Shown here: piece by piece, positions 37,782 to 43,132 of the stretch
How positions within the stretch are numbered: the stretch's first letter is position 1
How the letters are laid out: every line of letters begins with the position of its first letter
Source: an uncultured Pseudomonadota bacterium
GTDB taxonomy: Bacteria; BMS3Abin14
Reading direction: 5' to 3'
Assembly: GCA_964454175.1 (NCBI GenBank)
Contig: CAYVSA010000002.1
Span: 1 to 43,132, forward strand
Length of the DNA: 43,132 bases
The notes under the pieces: model-generated
The model's database searches: none
Told to the model about the DNA's origin: nothing
What the model saw: the letters and a program-made list of their open reading frames with translations, nothing else
Program-made: the position numbers and the translations under genes

Positions 37782-38972
37782 GTGCATCGCAAAAAGACCC
37801 TCGAAGAAGTTAGTTTTGCAGGTAAACTGGCCCTCGTCCGCGTGGATTTCAACGTTCCGCTGGACCCGGACTGCAATATAACCGACGACACCAGGATCAG
37901 GTCCGTTCTCCCCACGATTAACTACATACTGGATGAAGGTGGGAAAGTAATACTTATGAGCCACCTTGGCAGGCCCAAGGGCAAGCGAGTTGAAAAGCTG
38001 AGCCTCAAACCTGTTGCGAGGAGGCTGTCGAGGCTTCTCAGGCAGGACGTTGCAATAGCACCCGACTGTGTTGGCAAAGAGGTCAGGGCTTTGGTCGACA
38101 GTCTGTCCGAGGCCGGAGTCCTTCTCCTGGAGAACCTTCGCTTTAACCCCGGAGAGGAAGCTAACGACCCGGCTTTCGCCAAGGAGCTTGCCGGCTTGGC
38201 TGACGTTTACGTCGACGATGCCTTCGCCACTGCCCACAGGTGCCACGCCTCGGTCGTTGGCGTCCCTGATCACCTCAAACCCGCTGTTGCGGGGTTCCTC
38301 ATGAGGAACGAGCTGAATTACTTTGTGAAAGCTCTGCAAAAGCCGGAAAGACCCCTTGCCGCAGTTCTGGGCGGCGCGAAAGTCTCTGACAAGACCAAAG
38401 CGATAATGGAGCTGGTGAAAAAAGTTGACAAGATCCTTATCGGCGGGGGGATGGCCTTTACTTTCCTCAAGGCTTTAGGGTTCGACGTCGGCCGGTCGCT
38501 TGTTGAAGAGGAAATGCTCGGCCTCGCGGTGGAGATAGTGGAAAAGGCCAGGGAGGGCGGAGTCGCTCTTTATCTTCCGATAGACGCGGTGGCGGCAGAC
38601 CGCAGGGAGGAAACCGCTGATACGAAAGTGGTTACTCTCCACGAGTTCCCGCAGGACCTGATGGGACTCGACATTGGTCCCGCGACGATCGTTCTGTTCA
38701 GGGAAGCCCTGGCCGATTCGAAGACAATAGTATGGAACGGGCCAATGGGAGTATTTGAGCTCTCTCCTTTCAGCAAGGGCACCTTTTCCATGATCGACAT
38801 CCTTGTGCATTCCAGGGCGCTTACCATCCTGGGCGGGGGTGATACGGATACTGCAGTTCATACAACTGGCAAATCAGATCTCATAGATTATATCTCCACC
38901 GGGGGAGGCGCCTTCATCAAACTGCTCGAACAGGGCTGGCTTCCGGGCATCAACGCCCTGGAGGACCGATGA
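37782..38972 (+). CDS. pgk: phosphoglycerate kinase
   Basis: RVDFNVP, SHLGRP, LLENLRF, GGAKVSDK, WNGPMGVFE, GGGD, STGGGA; GTG 37782 with GGAG. Confidence 0.97.
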   Translation: MHRKKTLEEVSFAGKLALVRVDFNVPLDPDCNITDDTRIRSVLPTINYILDEGGKVILMSHLGRPKGKRVEKLSLKPVARRLSRLLRQDVAIAPDCVGKEVRALVDSLSEAGVLLLENLRFNPGEEANDPAFAKELAGLADVYVDDAFATAHRCHASVVGVPDHLKPAVAGFLMRNELNYFVKALQKPERPLAAVLGGAKVSDKTKAIMELVKKVDKILIGGGMAFTFLKALGFDVGRSLVEEEMLGLAVEIVEKAREGGVALYLPIDAVAADRREETADTKVVTLHEFPQDLMGLDIGPATIVLFREALADSKTIVWNGPMGVFELSPFSKGTFSMIDILVHSRALTILGGGDTDTAVHTTGKSDLIDYISTGGGAFIKLLEQGWLPGINALEDR

Positions 38973-38981
38973 GGGCTGACC

Positions 38982-39010
38982 TTGACATGACTCCCCGCGG
39001 ATGATATAGC
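38982..39010 (+). promoter_or_regulatory. internal sigma70 promoter for tpiA-secG
   Basis: TTGACA-N17-TATAGC with TG extended -10. Confidence 0.55.
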
Positions 39011-39041
39011 CGGCCTTCCATACAGAGGAGAGGTTCAAGGT

Positions 39042-39794
39042 ATGCGAACACCTCTTATAGTAGCCAACTGGAAAATGAATAAGACCATTTCGGGGTCCTC
39101 TGCGCTCATAGGGGATCTGCTGACACATCTTGCGGATCATTCAAGTGTCGAAGTAGCCGTTGCGCCGCCTTTTACCTCAATGGAAACGGTCTCGAGATTA
39201 ATCGAGGGGACAAGAGTGCAGCTTGCTGCCCAGAACATGTACTGGGAAAGAGAGGGCGCTTTTACAGGGGAGATCAGCCCGGGCATGCTCGCGGAGATGA
39301 ACTGCAGATTCGTCATCCTGGGACACTCGGAAAGACGGCAATACTTCGGGGACGGAGACGGTGAGGTGGCCAGAAAAATAGATGCGGCCCTCGAAGAAAG
39401 CCTTGTTCCTATCCTCTGCGTTGGGGAGACCCTCGGGGAACGTGAGTATGGAAAGACTTTCGAAGTCGTAGAATCGCAGATCGCCGGCGCCCTGTTAAAC
39501 GCTTCCTTTGGTTCTGGCAGCGAACTGGTCGTTGCATACGAACCTGTATGGGCTATTGGAACCGGAAGGACGTCCAGTCCGGAAGTGGCCCAGGAGGCCC
39601 ACGAACACATCCGTGGTGTTTTGTGCAGTATCTGCGGGGATGATCAGGGCGGCCGTACAAGGATCCTCTACGGCGGCTCGGTCAAGCCGGATAATGTTGA
39701 CGATCTCATGGCGATGAGTGATATAGATGGGGCGTTGGTGGGCGGCGCCAGCCTTGACGGTGAAAGTTTTGCCCGTATTGTGGACTTCAAATAG
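39042..39794 (+). CDS. tpiA: triosephosphate isomerase
   Basis: ANWKMN, GHSERR, AYEPVWAIGTG, YGGSV, LVGGASL. Confidence 0.98.
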   Translation: MRTPLIVANWKMNKTISGSSALIGDLLTHLADHSSVEVAVAPPFTSMETVSRLIEGTRVQLAAQNMYWEREGAFTGEISPGMLAEMNCRFVILGHSERRQYFGDGDGEVARKIDAALEESLVPILCVGETLGEREYGKTFEVVESQIAGALLNASFGSGSELVVAYEPVWAIGTGRTSSPEVAQEAHEHIRGVLCSICGDDQGGRTRILYGGSVKPDNVDDLMAMSDIDGALVGGASLDGESFARIVDFK

Positions 39795-39813
39795 ATCTGG
39801 AGGACGTTGAAAC

Positions 39814-40179
39814 ATGACCCTGTTACTTCTTAAAATTCTTCACATTGTTGTTGCTGTTTTTCTCATTCTGGTCGTTCTTCTTCAAACGGGGAAGGGTGCC
39901 GAGATGGGAGCTGCCTTCGGCGGCGCCAGCCAGACGGTCTTCGGGAGCGGGGGGCCTGCCGGTTTTATGGCCAAGCTGACCACTGCCGCAGCAGTAGTGT
40001 TCATGCTGACGTCGCTCAGCCTTGCCTACCTGTCTTCAAACCGTCATATTTCCTCGGGGAGCGTTGCCCCGACTCAGACCCAGGTGCCGGTTCAGCAGCA
40101 GCCTGTACAGGTTCCGCCTGCAGCTGGCGGCGGAACGGATGCCGGACAACCTGCTGCGTCTGAGGCAGGAACAAATTGA
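39814..40179 (+). CDS. secG: preprotein translocase subunit SecG
   Basis: LILVVLLQ.GKG, FGGASQTVFG, two TM helices; follows tpiA. Confidence 0.95.
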   Translation: MTLLLLKILHIVVAVFLILVVLLQTGKGAEMGAAFGGASQTVFGSGGPAGFMAKLTTAAAVVFMLTSLSLAYLSSNRHISSGSVAPTQTQVPVQQQPVQVPPAAGGGTDAGQPAASEAGTN

Positions 40180-40194
40180 TAATAAATCGAGCAT

Positions 40195-41301
40195 CTACCG
40201 GGCAGCGGAAACCACTCTTGCGCCCACAAAGATTTCCCTGTAGCTCTTGGTTATCCTGACGACTGAAGTTTTTTCCCTGGGCGCGACTACTTCCACCAGA
40301 CCTATGATCTCCTCGGGAGGCGTGAGCTTTTTACTCGTCCGAGGACTCTTGATCTTGTCCTTTTGCCTTACGACCTGAAGGACATCGCCGGGTTTCAGAC
40401 CCTGGTTCAGGCCCAGGTCAAGGAAGAATACATCACCCACACCCATCATGGTCTTACCCTCGGGATTGGCAAGCACTGTCCCCTCAAGACCAGCCTCAAC
40501 ACCTGAGACATCCTTGGGAACCCACGAAAGGTAGTCAACGTGCTCCATAACGCGGTCGCCGATCTCCGCTGACCTGTAAACCTCTCCCACTATTGAGGTC
40601 GCCAACTCATCCCTGACATCCACAACGGAAAGGTCGCCCAGAACCCTTGCCATAAATCCGACCTTGCGATCGGTTACAGGATTACGGACCTCTTCAAAGA
40701 CCTTGATGATGGAGTACTTCTCGCCGAATGTGAGTGGTTTCTTTTTAGGTGAAGTTACGAACACCTTATCTCTGGGAGCGATCAAAAGACGATTGTCTTC
40801 CGATGAAGTAATCGTTCCAATTCCGAAATCCCTGCTCTTAACAATAAAGCCGTAGGTCGCCATGGAGCGGATCAATTCCTGCTTCTTCTCGACCGGAAGA
40901 GGCTTTTCCACCACCTTCGGCTCAGGCGGCTCAGGTGGAGGCGGGACGGGTTTTTCCACGACTTTTGGCTCTGGCATCTCAGGCGGGGGAGGGAGTACCG
41001 GTTTGGCAGGCTCGGGTACTGGCGGCTGGACAGCGACCTTGAGAAGCTCGGCGGGAATAATTATCTCCTGACCCGGGTGGATCAGGTGGGGATTTTCAAT
41101 GTCCCGATTGCTGTTCCAGACCCTGGGCCACAGGAACGGATCATAAAGATAGGCAGAGGAAATATCCCAGAGAGTATCACCTTTGACAACCACGTGTACA
41201 CGCTGCCCTGTCTGAGCGAAACCAGGGGGAGCTGCGACCAGTACGGCAGCAGCACATACCAGAAGGGCGGCTGTTACAAGGGCGGTTCTGGATATTTTCA
41301 T
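40195..41301 (-). CDS. secreted LysM peptidoglycan-binding protein (TsaP-like)
   Basis: signal peptide; VVKGDTLWDIS..YLYDPFLWPRVW..N.DIENPHLIHPG; Pro-rich linker with duplicated PPPPExPEPKVVEKP; FlgT-C-like tail. Confidence 0.85.
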   Translation of the reverse strand: MKISRTALVTAALLVCAAAVLVAAPPGFAQTGQRVHVVVKGDTLWDISSAYLYDPFLWPRVWNSNRDIENPHLIHPGQEIIIPAELLKVAVQPPVPEPAKPVLPPPPEMPEPKVVEKPVPPPPEPPEPKVVEKPLPVEKKQELIRSMATYGFIVKSRDFGIGTITSSEDNRLLIAPRDKVFVTSPKKKPLTFGEKYSIIKVFEEVRNPVTDRKVGFMARVLGDLSVVDVRDELATSIVGEVYRSAEIGDRVMEHVDYLSWVPKDVSGVEAGLEGTVLANPEGKTMMGVGDVFFLDLGLNQGLKPGDVLQVVRQKDKIKSPRTSKKLTPPEEIIGLVEVVAPREKTSVVRITKSYREIFVGARVVSAAR

Positions 41302-41347
41302 GGCAATCTCCTCTCCCGGAGGTCGGTGAATTACGATTTATCCGCAG

Positions 41348-41376
41348 ATGATAGGCTCCCAGGCAAATCATGTCAA
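41348..41376 (-). promoter_or_regulatory. sigma70 promoter of the LysM gene
   Basis: minus strand TTGACA-N17-TATCAT. Confidence 0.65.
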
Positions 41377-41496
41377 GACAACATAACAATATCAACAATG
41401 CCAGATCTGACCCTTGAAAGGCTTATTCTCCAGGCAGCGCAGGCACGGTTATCATGGAGTCCGGAGGTCAGAGTGCTACAAAAAATCACCCTGATG

Positions 41497-42231
41497 CTAT
41501 GTCGACGTATTGTGGTTGACGAAACTCAGGTACATCTGTGCCTTGTTGTTACTCGGGCTGGTCTGGAGAACTTCCTCCCACTCTTCGGCAGCTCTGTCCA
41601 GAAAACCCTGGGAGAAAAAGGTGATCCCGAGCTGGATCCTGGCGTCGGCATAGTCCGGCCTGTTCTGGGCAGTGCTCGTAAAAAGTTCTAATGCATCATC
41701 CACAAAACCCATCTCTCTTAAAGTCACTCCCAGCTTGACCTGGATGTCAGCAAAACCAGGGGACAGGGAAAGGGCTTTTCTGTATTCTGAGGCAGCTTCT
41801 GTTAGCAGCGAAAACTCCCTGTATATATCTCCTAACTCCTTGTGCTTATTGGCGATCTTCCCGGCAACAAACGGGTCGACGGTTGTATCTCTCTCGCCAA
41901 CCCTGTTCTGGGCCGACTGAACGACTTTCTGAGCCTCGTTGTACTGGCCCATCTCGTTTAGAGTTACAGCCAGGTTCAGGGAAGCTTCAGTGTAATCAGG
42001 ATTCAGCTTGATAGCACGTTCCAGGAACGCTCTGGCGCGGACAAAATCCCCCATCTGGTGATACAGGTGCCCCAAACTGTTGCATATGTCGGCAAAGTCA
42101 GGAAAATTCCTGTGCAGCTCAAGAAGGACATCCTCGGCTTTTCCCAACTGGTTAACCTCCAGAAAGGCATCGGCTTCCGAGATCTTCTCGTCGATCCTGT
42201 GCAGCCTGTCCAGGTTGCTCAACTCATGCAT
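41497..42231 (-). CDS. tetratricopeptide repeat protein
   Basis: repeated P.[YF]AD...LG..Y...G...A TPR units; ATG 42231 has GGAG RBS (ORF track starts at 42252). Confidence 0.88.
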   Translation of the reverse strand: MHELSNLDRLHRIDEKISEADAFLEVNQLGKAEDVLLELHRNFPDFADICNSLGHLYHQMGDFVRARAFLERAIKLNPDYTEASLNLAVTLNEMGQYNEAQKVVQSAQNRVGERDTTVDPFVAGKIANKHKELGDIYREFSLLTEAASEYRKALSLSPGFADIQVKLGVTLREMGFVDDALELFTSTAQNRPDYADARIQLGITFFSQGFLDRAAEEWEEVLQTSPSNNKAQMYLSFVNHNTST

Positions 42232-42273
42232 TTCATCTCCCAACGCCTTCATCTAAGAAAAAAAGGAACCCTG

Positions 42274-42972
42274 TCAGGGACCCTTGCTCGATCTGGCCTG
42301 TTTCAGCAGTTTCACCGCTCTTTCTTTAATATCCTTCGGGTGGTCCTCCTCAATTATCCTTTCGACCCTCAGGATGGCAGCATCGGGGTTGTTTTTCCGC
42401 AGATAGTATGAAGCGATCTCCAGCTCATGTTCACCAACTTTACTGCGAAGTTCGGCTTCCCGGGCGGCTGCCTCTTCGATAAACTCCCCTTTGGGGTACT
42501 TACGCGTGTATAAAGAAAAAAGGTCTCTTGCCTCCCTTATGAAGGAAACATCTCTGTCAATGGGCAGCACTTTTCTGACGCTGAATAGACCAAGTACTGA
42601 TCGCTGCGACTGGCGGATCTTGGAACTCGCCTGATAATAGAGCGCCTCCTGAGCAAAACGACCGTCAGGGTACCCGGCCAGATACAGCCCGAATGCGGGG
42701 TCAGATTCGAGGAATTTGCCCTGCTTGAAATAGGTGAGGGCGGTGAGATATTTTATTTCCTCGTCCCTGATGTTGCCCGCGATGGTGAATTTGAGGCCGT
42801 TGAGTATCTCGATGGCTTCTTCGTAGCGGTGTTTTTTGAGGAGGGTGTGTATACTGTCTATCCTCTCATCGGGGTCTATCTGGGCTTTGGGTGTCGAGGA
42901 ACATGAGGCGAGTGCCAGGGTGAGACCGGCAGCCGCAATAATCGAAAGGATGTTTACCCTGACCTTCTTCAA
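42274..42972 (-). CDS. bamD: outer membrane protein assembly factor BamD-like lipoprotein
   Basis: lipobox LASC, TPR helices, YP motifs, DRD, HELEIASYYL, AAILR; probable TTG start 42972 (uncertain). Confidence 0.78.
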   Translation of the reverse strand: MKKVRVNILSIIAAAGLTLALASCSSTPKAQIDPDERIDSIHTLLKKHRYEEAIEILNGLKFTIAGNIRDEEIKYLTALTYFKQGKFLESDPAFGLYLAGYPDGRFAQEALYYQASSKIRQSQRSVLGLFSVRKVLPIDRDVSFIREARDLFSLYTRKYPKGEFIEEAAAREAELRSKVGEHELEIASYYLRKNNPDAAILRVERIIEEDHPKDIKERAVKLLKQARSSKGP

Positions 42973-43132
42973 AGTAGCCGACCTGCCTCCTGAAGGGAAA
43001 TGCCTGTATTTTAAAATTGCCCTGCTGAGGTCCTGCACCTGGCTCCTAGTATGGTGAGAAAAATGGTTAGGTGTCAAGTGCTGAGCCATCTGATGTGTAA
43101 AAAACCGCACAATTCCGAGGGAGAGTGAAATG

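Noticed and set aside
40900-40992. duplicated PPPPExPEPKVVEKP segment in the LysM protein
   Set aside because: An ordinary Pro-rich linker expansion.

Overview
A 43 kb core-genome window from a Gram-negative bacterium of moderately high GC. Gene content and order suggest Desulfobacterota/'deltaproteobacteria'; this is an inference. Positions 201-27762 form one co-oriented minus-strand block: rnr-dprA-topA-trmFO-xerC-hslV-hslU-(pseudo-REC/GAF/GAF)-argB-argD-argF-argG-NUDIX-(nitrilase-fold protein)-argH-(small lipoprotein)-lysA-dapF-dapA-dapB-dapL-folK-(deoxynucleoside kinase)-panB-panC-panD. The right part holds tRNA-Leu(CAG), a HAD hydrolase, nfo, a LysE-family exporter, an AT-hook protein, tRNA-Val(CAC), DUF1178, clpB, a hybrid histidine kinase, gap-pgk-tpiA-secG, a LysM/TsaP-like protein, a TPR protein and bamD. 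No transposase, prophage or CRISPR array is seen. Best leads: (1) a coiled-coil protein with four tandem HMGA-type AT-hooks, directly behind a ~210 bp, ~17% GC symmetric element, a candidate autoregulated nucleoid/silencer module; (2) a pan-RNA-like attenuator ahead of panBCD whose hairpin loop is the stop codon of the upstream gene; (3) a NUDIX plus nitrilase-fold (E72-K161-C200) gene pair inserted between argG and argH; (4) an output-less pseudo-receiver/GAF/GAF protein in the position codY occupies in Firmicutes. All calls come from motif recognition and manual base-pairing; no searches were run.
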